Under the pieces are notes generated by a model. It was not told where the DNA came from, ran no database searches, and saw only the letters and a list, made by a program, of their open reading frames with translations. From Opitutales bacterium (GTDB taxonomy: Bacteria; Verrucomicrobiota; Verrucomicrobiia; Opitutales; JABSRG01): a stretch of DNA of 64,000 nt. The position numbers and the translations under genes are program-made. This document shows, piece after piece, positions 39,819 through 48,040 of the stretch (its first letter is position 1; each line of letters opens with the position of its first letter). Location of the stretch: the NCBI GenBank assembly GCA_051117635.1, contig JBNPEH010000021.1:21673-85672 (forward strand). Reading direction: 5' to 3'.

Positions 39819-41252
39819 ATGCCGGCCGGCCGCCAGGTTGTTTCCATGGCCGCTCCCCGCCCCCGCCGCGTTATCTGGATCACCAGCGATCACATGCGCT
39901 ATGACCATGTTGGTGTCTATGGCGACACCGGGATGGTCACGCCGGCGCTCGACCGGCTGGCTCAGCACGGCGTCAACTTTCACCGCGTGTACACGCAGAA
40001 CGCGCTCTGCATGCCCAGCCGCTGCAGCTTCATGACCGGGTGCTATCCGCAGCAGACCGGCGTGACGCTGAACGGCCATGGCCTGTCACCCGACTTCGAG
40101 CCGACGGTTGCGTTGGCCTTTGCCGGCGCCGGGTACGCCACGGCCCAGATCGGCAAGCTGCATTTCCAACCGCATGACCAGATGGATTACGAGGCCCGGC
40201 CACGGCATGCCTACGGCTTTGATGTTTTCTGGCCGTCCGAGGAGCGCGGCAATTACTCGGATGCCTACTATCACTGGCTGGAGGGCAAACACCCCGAGTT
40301 GGCCGCGCGTTTCCGCGTGCCACGTTCCAGTGATCCCGACCGTCATTTCGCGGAAAAACAACCGCAACCCGTGGACGCCCCCTGGCAGGCCAGCCAGGCC
40401 GGTTGGATCGTCGAGACGGCAAAGCAGTTCCTCCAGACGCGCCGGGATCAGGACTGGTTCATTCACCTCGGTTTCTACAATCCGCATCCGCCGCTGACGC
40501 CGGTCCGGAAGGCCTGGGACGCCTATGCGGATCGGGAACTCCCGGAGCCGGCCTTTCAGCTGGCGGGTGAGGCCGACGCCAACCCCGCGCTGGCCGGCAC
40601 GCTTCGCCAGCGCGCCGACTGGACCGAAGAGGCCTTCCGCCAGTACCGCCAAGGCCTCGCCGCCATGGTGACCGAGATGGATTGGGCTATCGGCGCGCTG
40701 CTCGACGACCTCGAAACCCGCGGGGAATGGGACGACACCCTGATCGTCTTTTCCTCCGACCACGGCGACATGGCCGGCGACCACAACCTGACCCACAAAG
40801 CCAATCATTTCTATGAGGCCTGCATGCGCGTGCCGCTCATCCTGCACTGGCCGGCCGGCCTGGGGACGGCGCGCCGGGACTGTCACGGCCTGATGGAGAT
40901 GGTGGACCTCCTGCCCACGCTGATCGAGCTGTGTGGCGGCCGCCCGCATCCGTCGATGGCCGGCCAGTCCGTTGCTGAGGATCTCCGGGCCGGACGCGAA
41001 CCGGTCGGCCGCCCGGATGTCTACGCCTACTCGGGCGAACCGCGCGCCATGCTGCGCACCACCACGCACAAGTATTGCTGGTTCGGCCCCGATGCCGAGG
41101 TGCTCTACGACCTGGAAAGCGATCCGGGCGAAACCCGCGACGCCGCCAGGGATTCGGACCAGTCGGCAACCCTCGTCACCCTTCGTGCCCGCTGCCTCGA
41201 ACGCTCGCTGGAGGCCTCCCGGTCTCCCCAGCGCAGGTTGTATCCGTATTGA
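39819..41252 (+). CDS. formylglycine-dependent sulfatase (arylsulfatase family)
   Basis: 'WITSDHMRYDH' and the 'LCMPSRCSFMTGCYP' C-x-P-x-R signature are present. I could not see an N-terminal signal peptide. Confidence 0.85.
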   Translation: MPAGRQVVSMAAPRPRRVIWITSDHMRYDHVGVYGDTGMVTPALDRLAQHGVNFHRVYTQNALCMPSRCSFMTGCYPQQTGVTLNGHGLSPDFEPTVALAFAGAGYATAQIGKLHFQPHDQMDYEARPRHAYGFDVFWPSEERGNYSDAYYHWLEGKHPELAARFRVPRSSDPDRHFAEKQPQPVDAPWQASQAGWIVETAKQFLQTRRDQDWFIHLGFYNPHPPLTPVRKAWDAYADRELPEPAFQLAGEADANPALAGTLRQRADWTEEAFRQYRQGLAAMVTEMDWAIGALLDDLETRGEWDDTLIVFSSDHGDMAGDHNLTHKANHFYEACMRVPLILHWPAGLGTARRDCHGLMEMVDLLPTLIELCGGRPHPSMAGQSVAEDLRAGREPVGRPDVYAYSGEPRAMLRTTTHKYCWFGPDAEVLYDLESDPGETRDAARDSDQSATLVTLRARCLERSLEASRSPQRRLYPY

Positions 41253-41404
41253 TACGCTGGATACACAATCTGAGCCAACCGCTGATCTCCGCTCATCCGT
41301 GCTGATGGGCGTCGCCATTCGACAGGCTCATGATGCAGAACAAGCGACGCCCCTACGGAATCTGGTCGCCGCGGGCGTCGCCTGCCTCCGCCCCGTTCAC
41401 CGGA

Positions 41405-41821
41405 TCAGGCCGGTGGCTCTTCGGCCGGTGCCGGCTGTTTGGCGCGCAGCAGGGGTCGGTAGGCATCGATGTTCACGACGAGCAGGTAGACGTTGATCGC
41501 GAAGAAAACCAGACCGGGGACGATGCCGCCCGGAGCAAGCGCCAGGTGAAACAGGATGATGTTCAACGTGAGCGGCGCGAGAAGCACCAGCGCGAGGGGT
41601 ACGAAAAATCCGCTCAGGAGCAGGGCTCCGGTCACAATTTCGACAATTGCGATCAGGGGCATCATGTAACCGGACTGGACGAAGGCCCCCATCAGGTTGC
41701 CAGCTGCCTCGGGCATTTCCGGAGGGGGCATGAACCCGATGAATTTATTCAGGCCGAATACCACCAGGCCCAGGCCAAGGAGGAGACGGAGGATGAGATC
41801 GACTTTAGCTTTCATAAGCAT
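41405..41821 (-). CDS. DoxX-family small membrane protein
   Basis: 138 aa with four hydrophobic helices in a DoxX-like pattern ('LLLGLGLVVFGLNKF'). Confidence 0.6.
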   Translation of the reverse strand: MLMKAKVDLILRLLLGLGLVVFGLNKFIGFMPPPEMPEAAGNLMGAFVQSGYMMPLIAIVEIVTGALLLSGFFVPLALVLLAPLTLNIILFHLALAPGGIVPGLVFFAINVYLLVVNIDAYRPLLRAKQPAPAEEPPA

Positions 41822-42073
41822 TGTAGGGGTTCGGGGTTTGTGATTATCGGACGGGAATCCGCTGATTCTTATATTATTCCCGATAATCCGGTCGATTGAA
41901 AGGATGCATTGGCCCCGAACACCTGGCGGCGGTCGGGGACGACCGCCCTCCCGGTTGAAATCCTGTCATCTTCGGGAGGGCCGCCGTCCCCGGCGGCCGT
42001 TGTGGCCTCAGGCCCCGTGGCCGCGCCTTCAGGCGTGGCGAGCCCCCACGAAAACCCCTCAACCCGAATGGTA

Positions 42074-42210
42074 CTAACTTAACAGCGTTTTCATCGGTAT
42101 CGCTATCGCTATCGAAATCGATTACGTAAGCCAATGCATATTATTTCCTTATGCATGTTCGATCCCGATTTCGATTTCGATCCCGATTTGGATCAGGATC
42201 CTTAAGTTAG
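42074..42210. repeat. ~137-bp imperfect palindrome built of hexamer-periodic ATCG units
   Basis: The outer arms 'CTAACTTAA' (42074-42082) and 'TTAAGTTAG' (42202-42210) are exact inverses. The inner arms are (TATCGC)n and (GATTTC)n tracts around 'ATGCATATTATTTCCTTATGCAT'. Confidence 0.6.
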
Positions 42211-42222
42211 CGTCATTCCCCC

Positions 42223-42804
42223 TCAACCCTTTTTCTGCGCTTTGAGCCAGTCCCGCGTGGTGCGTTTCAGCTTCTTCACCTTGCTCTCGATTTTCATGAG
42301 CTGGCGGCGCTCCATCCGGTCGATAAAGAGAATGCCGTGGAGGTGATCGACCTCGTGCTGGATGACGCGGGCCAGCAGCCCGTCGCAGACCAGTTCATGG
42401 GCATGGCCGTCGAGGTCCTGATAGCGACAGGTGAGCGCGAGCGGTCGGTTGACCAGGCCCCGGATGTCGGGAAACGACAGGCAGCCCTCCTCGTAGTCGG
42501 CGGACGGCTCGCGCAGCTCCAGCTCCGGATTGACCAGCACCAGCGGCATGATCAGGTCCAGCGGCGGCGTCTTGCCGTCGAGCGTGTAGGCGAAGTCCGG
42601 CTCGCGGTCGGGCAGGTTGACATCCACCACGCAAAGCTGGATGGCCCGGTCGACCTGCTGGGCGGCCAGCCCGATGCCGTCTTCGGCATGCATTGTCTCG
42701 ATCATGTCTTCGGCCAGCTGTCGCAGCCCGGCATCGAACACCGTTACGCGTTCGCCCCGCTGCTGGAGGATCGGTTCGCCGAACTGGGTCACGCGCAAGG
42801 GCAT
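42223..42804 (-). CDS. def: peptide deformylase
   Basis: Motifs 'GIGLAAQQV', 'EGCLSFP' and 'HEVDHLHG' are present. Start placed at 'MPLRVTQFGEPIL'; ATG 42813 is also possible. Confidence 0.9.
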   Translation of the reverse strand: MPLRVTQFGEPILQQRGERVTVFDAGLRQLAEDMIETMHAEDGIGLAAQQVDRAIQLCVVDVNLPDREPDFAYTLDGKTPPLDLIMPLVLVNPELELREPSADYEEGCLSFPDIRGLVNRPLALTCRYQDLDGHAHELVCDGLLARVIQHEVDHLHGILFIDRMERRQLMKIESKVKKLKRTTRDWLKAQKKG

Positions 42805-42919
42805 CCCCGTCATCCATGAAAACCGGATTGGGACTGGCAACGCTTTTCCCGCGAGGGGTCGGGAACCGGGTGCTTTCCCCGTTTTCAAAGCTCATACGGA
42901 GTGCTATACCTCATGCCTT

Positions 42920-44614
42920 ATGCCGGTCCCCGGACGCATCGCGCTGACTTTGTTGCTGCTGATCCTGGCGGCGGGTGCCCTGCTGGTCGGCGCCGCCATC
43001 CCGGTTCACTTCAGGGCGGTGTCGCCCCGCGTCCTCGAGGCGGCCGGTCGCGGCACCCCGGACTGGCAGGAACGCGCCACCTGGTATGTCGACGCCGCCG
43101 CACCCGGCCCGGCCGGACGTCTGGTCGGTCTGCTCGGCGAACGTGATCCGGAAGCGGCCGAGGCCCTGCAGCAGCGGATCGCCGCACTCGAAGCCGAGGC
43201 ACCGGTCCTGGCCTGGTCGGGAGGCGAGGCCCCTTATTTTGCCGCCTGGTATGAGCCGCTGCCCGTCGCCGAACTGGAGCCCGATCCTTCCGCCCATGTC
43301 TTCGGGTTGGCCATCAGCGCCTACGCGCGCGACCAGCTGGCCCGGTTTCTCAATAATTCCCGGAACGCCGGCGTCCAGGCCGTGCTCGACGGTCGTGCCT
43401 TGAAAGGGGTCACGCGTTTCATGCCGGTCGGCAGCCCGGGGGGCGCTCCGCTGGAAACCGCCATCCTGCTCAACGCGTTGCTGATTCAGGGGGACAACCT
43501 GCCCGAGGCGATGGTGCGTTTTCTGCGCACGGCCACCGCCGCGGCGGTTCAACCCGAGCCCAACCTCCAGGCGGTCCGCAGCCTCGAAAACTATTACATG
43601 GCCTTCCTCACCCTGGCCAAGCGCCTGGACTGGACCAGCCTGGAACGGGCGCTCGAGGCTGCGGAAACCCCGGAGACGGCGGCGCGGCTGGCCGAGGTCC
43701 TGCGCGCCGATCCGGAGGCCGGCCCCACGCTGATCGCGACCACGCTGATGCAGCAGCCCGCCGGGGCCGTCCTCGATTTCCTTGCGGCCGCCGGCACCGA
43801 TCCGGCCACCCTCCGCCAGGCCATGGCCTGGGGGGAGGGCGCGCTGGCCGAACTGCTGGCGCAGCAAAAGCCGCTCTATCGGACACCCCCGCTGCTCGAG
43901 CCGGTTCAGCCCTGGATCGAGCGCCTGGAAACCGCCTTTTTCACCCGGCTGGTGCTGGAGCGACCGGGTCTTGCCTTCTGGCTCCGGATGGCGGTCTTTC
44001 TGCTGGCCGGCATGCTCCTGACCCTCTTCGTCGTGCGGTGCTTTCAGGCGACCGGCCTGGGCGAGGAGCCCGAACCGGGGCGACCGCTCGGCTTGCTGCG
44101 GCTGCGCACCGCGGTAGGCGGACTCGCGGCCGCCGCCCTGTTCTGGGCGCTTCTCGAGCCGGCGCTGCTGGAGGAAACCGGCCCCACGCGCGCCCAACTC
44201 CGGTTTGACTTTTCCTTCGCCGAAGCCGTCGGCTCCCTATCCGCCAAACCCATGAACCTCCAATCCATCGACCAGGTCACGCTTCTGGTTCTGCTGATCT
44301 TCTTTCTCGTGCAGGTGATCATCTACGTCTTCTGCCTGATCAAGATTGCGGAAATCCGGAAGCACGACGCCGATCCGACGCTCAAAATCGAGCTCCTGAA
44401 CAACGAGGACAACCTCTTCGACGCCGGACTCTACGTCGGCCTCGGTGGCACGGTCCTCGCGCTGATCCTCGTCACGCTCGGGATCGTCGAGGCCAGCCTC
44501 ATGGCCGCCTATGCCTCGACCCTCTTCGGCATCGTCTTCGTGGCCCTGCTGAAAATTCTCCACGTCCGGCCCTTCCGGCGGCGGCTGCTCCTCTCCGCCG
44601 ACCGCAACCACTGA
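42920..44614 (+). CDS. membrane protein with C-terminal MotA/TolQ/ExbB-like helices (putative ion-channel stator subunit)
   Basis: Start at ATG 42920 ('MPVPGRIALTLLLLILAAG'). The C-terminal helices 'VTLLVLLIFFLVQVIIYVFCLI', 'GLYVGLGGTVLALILVTLGIV' and 'ASLMAAYASTLFGIVFVALL' resemble the ExbB segments 'GLFGTVWGI' and 'ALLATAIGLVAAIP'. Confidence 0.45.
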   Translation: MPVPGRIALTLLLLILAAGALLVGAAIPVHFRAVSPRVLEAAGRGTPDWQERATWYVDAAAPGPAGRLVGLLGERDPEAAEALQQRIAALEAEAPVLAWSGGEAPYFAAWYEPLPVAELEPDPSAHVFGLAISAYARDQLARFLNNSRNAGVQAVLDGRALKGVTRFMPVGSPGGAPLETAILLNALLIQGDNLPEAMVRFLRTATAAAVQPEPNLQAVRSLENYYMAFLTLAKRLDWTSLERALEAAETPETAARLAEVLRADPEAGPTLIATTLMQQPAGAVLDFLAAAGTDPATLRQAMAWGEGALAELLAQQKPLYRTPPLLEPVQPWIERLETAFFTRLVLERPGLAFWLRMAVFLLAGMLLTLFVVRCFQATGLGEEPEPGRPLGLLRLRTAVGGLAAAALFWALLEPALLEETGPTRAQLRFDFSFAEAVGSLSAKPMNLQSIDQVTLLVLLIFFLVQVIIYVFCLIKIAEIRKHDADPTLKIELLNNEDNLFDAGLYVGLGGTVLALILVTLGIVEASLMAAYASTLFGIVFVALLKILHVRPFRRRLLLSADRNH

Positions 44615-44654
44615 TTCTTCCGTCGACCCGACCGTTCTCGACTCCACCGCCGTC

Positions 44655-46160
44655 ATGAACCGCAGCCTTTTGCTCATTATCTGCGATTTCCTGTTGCTCA
44701 GCATGCTGGCGATGGCGCGGTTCGACGAACCCGAACCCGAGCCGCCCGCCCAGCCGCGCCCCACCGCCATGAGCGAGGAGTCCGAGTTGATCGAGGTCCT
44801 GCGCCTGTCGCTGGAGGCTGAACAGGCCTCGCGGGCCGAGCTCACGCAGGATCTGGCCGCCACGCGGGAGGAACTCGACCTCACCGCCGCCGAACTGCAG
44901 GCGCGCGAACAGCGTCTCCAGGCAACCGCCCAAACCCTGGCCGAGCGCGAACAGGCCCTCGAACGGACGCGCACCCGGGCCGAGCAACTGGCGGCCGAAC
45001 GCGAACGCCTCGCCGCCGAGCAGGCCGAACAGGCACGGCTGGCCGAGGAACGTGCCCGTGAGTTGGAACAGGCCCGCCAGCAGGCCGAAGCGCTGGGACA
45101 GGATCTGGGCAGTTTGCAGGAACGCGCCACGCTGGCCCAGGAGCGGTTGCGCCTCGCTCAGGAAGAGTTGGAAAAACGCGAAAAGGCGCTGGCCGAGGCG
45201 GAGGCCCAGCGCGAGCGGCTGGCCGCCGAACGCGCCGCCATCCAGCAGGAAAAACAGCAACTCAGTACGCGCCTGGAGGTCACCGAGGCCGAAAAACGGC
45301 TCCTGGCGAAGAATTTGGAAAACGCCGAGATCGCCGTCGAGACCGAGCGTCAGGAAAAGGAGGCGCTGCGCCAGCAGGCCGAGCAGCTGACGGCGGGCGT
45401 GTCCAGCCTGGCCGCGGCGTCGACCGAGATGCAGGCGGAGCTGAAGCAGAGCCAGCCCAAGACGCTCAACGCCATCTGGCAGAGCTACAAGGAGAACGTC
45501 CTCGTGCTGGAGATTCAAAGCACCGCCGGCGGTCTTCTCGGCGAGCGCTCCGACACACGGTCAGTCCCCGCCATCCCCGTCCGGGTCAACGGCCGCTGGT
45601 ATGGCCTCTTTTCCACGGTCGATACCGCGCTCAATCCCGCGGACGCGAACAGCGGGCGCCTCCGCAGGCTGTCCGCCCGGGTCCAGGTCGGCGACCGGAT
45701 CGTCAACGTGCCCGGCCTTGGCTACCTGCAGGGCGATCCCCGGATCGGGGTGATCAGCCTGTCCGGCGACGCCATTGAGGCGGCCGGTTTGCCCGGCTTC
45801 ACCCTGGCGCAACAGCCCTTCCGGTTTGACGAGGCGGTGCTGGTCAACCCGCGGCGCGAATTCTTCGGCGACGTCGGGTTCAGGGTAAACACCGCCTCCG
45901 ACCGCTATCTCGAAATGGACCGCCGCATCTTCAGCGGGCTCTTCGGCGAGTTTTCACCTGACACCGGCGATCTTGTCTTCGCCAAGACCGGCACCCTGCT
46001 CGGCTTCATGCTGTCCGACGACACCGCCGTTCGTATCGAAAATATCAATACAGCCGATACGCTCCTCCTGGGCGACCGCTTCTCCCCCGAAACCGCCCGG
46101 GCTACCTGGGATACCCTCGACCAGCAGATCCGCCAGCTGCCCGAGGACTCCCGACCGTGA
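44655..46160 (+). CDS. ExbD/TolR/MotB-like single-TM protein with ~250-aa coiled coil and beta-rich C-terminal domain
   Basis: 'MNRSLLLIICDFLLLSMLAMARF' is a TM helix with Asp11. A long Ala/Glu/Arg/Gln/Leu coiled-coil-type region follows. The C-terminal domain carries a degenerate trypsin-like 'GDLVFAKTGTLLGFM'. Confidence 0.45.
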   Translation: MNRSLLLIICDFLLLSMLAMARFDEPEPEPPAQPRPTAMSEESELIEVLRLSLEAEQASRAELTQDLAATREELDLTAAELQAREQRLQATAQTLAEREQALERTRTRAEQLAAERERLAAEQAEQARLAEERARELEQARQQAEALGQDLGSLQERATLAQERLRLAQEELEKREKALAEAEAQRERLAAERAAIQQEKQQLSTRLEVTEAEKRLLAKNLENAEIAVETERQEKEALRQQAEQLTAGVSSLAAASTEMQAELKQSQPKTLNAIWQSYKENVLVLEIQSTAGGLLGERSDTRSVPAIPVRVNGRWYGLFSTVDTALNPADANSGRLRRLSARVQVGDRIVNVPGLGYLQGDPRIGVISLSGDAIEAAGLPGFTLAQQPFRFDEAVLVNPRREFFGDVGFRVNTASDRYLEMDRRIFSGLFGEFSPDTGDLVFAKTGTLLGFMLSDDTAVRIENINTADTLLLGDRFSPETARATWDTLDQQIRQLPEDSRP

Positions 46161-46343
46161 GGCAGACGGTCGCGCGTTTTCCGATCAGGACCTGCGTGTC
46201 ACCGGCGCGGTCAGCCGGGCCCTTTCCCCCGTTGTCGTTGCCCGGCGCATCCGGGTCGCCTACCTGCTGACCGACCTGGATATCCACCAGAGGGTCAGCA
46301 CCTACATCGATAAATACGCCCGCCGGGCCTGGAGAGATCGAAG

Positions 46344-46445
46344 TAGGGGCGAGCCTCAACCGCGAAGCCGCGACGGGCGCAAAGGGCTGGTACACCGGGG
46401 GGCTCGCACGGCACCACAGCGGAACGGCAAGGGCTTCATCCGCCG
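46344..46445 (+). repeat. solo left-arm fragment of the structured repeat family
   Basis: 'AACCGCGAAGCCGCGACGGGCGCAAAGGGCTGGTACACCGG...CAAGGGCTTCATCCGCC' aligns with the left arm of copy C (17519-17600). Confidence 0.5.
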
Positions 46446-46478
46446 CAGAAGCGGAACCGCCGTCAGTGGCTCACCCGC

Positions 46479-46520
46479 ATCTGCGTTAATCTGCGAGATC
46501 TGCGGTTCCCAATTCTGCGG
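46479..46520. repeat. ATCTGCG short-period repeat
   Basis: 'CATCTGCGTTAATCTGCGAGATCTGCGGTTCCCAATTCTGCG' read directly from the sequence. Confidence 0.5.
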
Positions 46521-46551
46521 ACGGGAACGGCTCCTCTCGTATAATTTACCC

Positions 46552-47862
46552 TTACGCCAGCTCGCCGCGCATGGCATCCCCCTGGACGGCCTGGCCGAGG
46601 CGTTTGCCCATGGCGCGGTAGGTTTCGGCGGGGGAGGCTTGCCCGACCGGGGCTCCCTCCAAGCCAAGAAGCTGGTGAATCTCCGGTAGAATTGATCGGT
46701 AACGGGTGGAAAAGACAAACCGGCCGATTTCCCCGCCATCGGGCCCAGCTACGGTGACAGCCTCGGAAACCAGGCCGGTGCGGGCACCCAGGCGATGATC
46801 CGCCAGCGGCTGAATCACGGGCTGCCCGAAGCCGAACCCGGTGGGCCGGGCCAGGTGGACCGCCCCGTTGGCGTCGACGACCAGCCAGACGCGCTGGCGT
46901 TTGGCAAATTGCTCCCAGCCGCTGCCGGTGGTGAACCCTGGAAGGACCAGCTGCGGCTCGGGGAAGGCCTGCTTCAACTTGCCTGGCGGAAGCGCGGCGG
47001 TCCGCAGGCCGGGTTTCCGGCTGAGCCCGACAGCTCCGAGCATCCGGTGCAGCAGCGGGCTGAAGAGCAGCACGCGGTAGTAGCGCGCGATCCGGTAGAC
47101 CCACCGGAAGACCAGCAGGCAGCTGAAAAAGAGGATGAGGTTGATCGTCAGCGCGAGACTCGGGCTGAAGACATAAATCGCCATCAGGCCAGCGGTGGTG
47201 AGCTTGAGCAGGGTTTCGAACAGCGCATCAACAAAGGGGATGGGGCTCAGGAAAATCAGCACCTCGAAGAAGAATTTCACCGCGTTGATCACGAAGATGT
47301 TGATGGCCGAGAGCGCGATCAGGAGCGTCTCGCCGGTCGCCTGGAAGAACCCGGCCTGATAAACCACGGCCACTTCTTCGCCGGCCTGCGGACTGGCCAG
47401 CGAGGACACGCCCTGGATCACCGCGATCGACACGATCCCGGCGTAGGCCTCGAGCTGGTCCACCGCCTGCGCCATCGGCTTGGTCAGTTTCATGAACTTG
47501 GGCGCGGAGGTCGCGCCGGTCAGCCCGAGAAAGGCCAGGAAGGTGAGGGGGTGGCTCAGCGTCTCGTTGCTGGTCAGCAACGGATTGCCCGCCAGGGCGT
47601 CGACCAGACCGGTCTCGGCCAGCAGCGCGGCCCCCGACAGACAGGTGATGCCGAAAAAGGGCGAGAGCGCGACCGGCGCGAGCGGGCCGAGATACTCGGC
47701 GATGGGCAGGGTGCTGGCGAAGGTGTTCCCGGTCTGGACCGGTTCGGCTACCGCCCAGAGCAGGCAGGGCAGGCCGAACACGGCGGCGATGATCAGCCAC
47801 GCCTTTCCCGGGGTCGGGAAGGCGGACCAGGCAAGGCGCTTTGGAGAGCTACCGGGCAGCAT
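46552..47862 (-). CDS. hypothetical multi-pass membrane protein with ~150-aa soluble C-terminal domain
   Basis: The N-terminal ~280 aa are hydrophobic and the C-terminal part is soluble. I recognised no family motif. Confidence 0.5.
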   Translation of the reverse strand: MLPGSSPKRLAWSAFPTPGKAWLIIAAVFGLPCLLWAVAEPVQTGNTFASTLPIAEYLGPLAPVALSPFFGITCLSGAALLAETGLVDALAGNPLLTSNETLSHPLTFLAFLGLTGATSAPKFMKLTKPMAQAVDQLEAYAGIVSIAVIQGVSSLASPQAGEEVAVVYQAGFFQATGETLLIALSAINIFVINAVKFFFEVLIFLSPIPFVDALFETLLKLTTAGLMAIYVFSPSLALTINLILFFSCLLVFRWVYRIARYYRVLLFSPLLHRMLGAVGLSRKPGLRTAALPPGKLKQAFPEPQLVLPGFTTGSGWEQFAKRQRVWLVVDANGAVHLARPTGFGFGQPVIQPLADHRLGARTGLVSEAVTVAGPDGGEIGRFVFSTRYRSILPEIHQLLGLEGAPVGQASPAETYRAMGKRLGQAVQGDAMRGELA

Positions 47863-47906
47863 GCCTCTGGCTTAGCAAAGCTGAGAGCGAAGACGAGGAA
47901 AACTAT

Positions 47907-47960
47907 GGGTTGCGGGTGGCTGGTTGCGGGTTGCAGGCTTGCCCCGAGCCTGTCGAGGGG
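47907..47960. repeat. GGTTGCG heptad repeat plus GAGCCTGTCGAGGGG motif
   Basis: 'GGGTTGCGGGTGGCTGGTTGCGGGTTGCAGGCTTGCCCCGAGCCTGTCGAGGGG'. The second motif recurs at 19303-19317 inside the creatininase-like gene. Confidence 0.55.
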
Positions 47961-48040
47961 TGGCTGGAGACGGGCTCCTGTGGGACGCGTGGGACGCTCC
48001 CCCTGCGCGCGACTCCGGGCTCTGTGCCGTCGTGCCGCCT

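Noticed and set aside
45973-47104. ORFs 45973-46689 (+), 46356-46739 (-) and 46463-47104 (-) in and around the 46160-46552 spacer
   Set aside because: They are composed largely of repeat-derived, Arg/Pro/Gly-rich sequence. They overlap the better-supported coiled-coil and membrane-protein genes.
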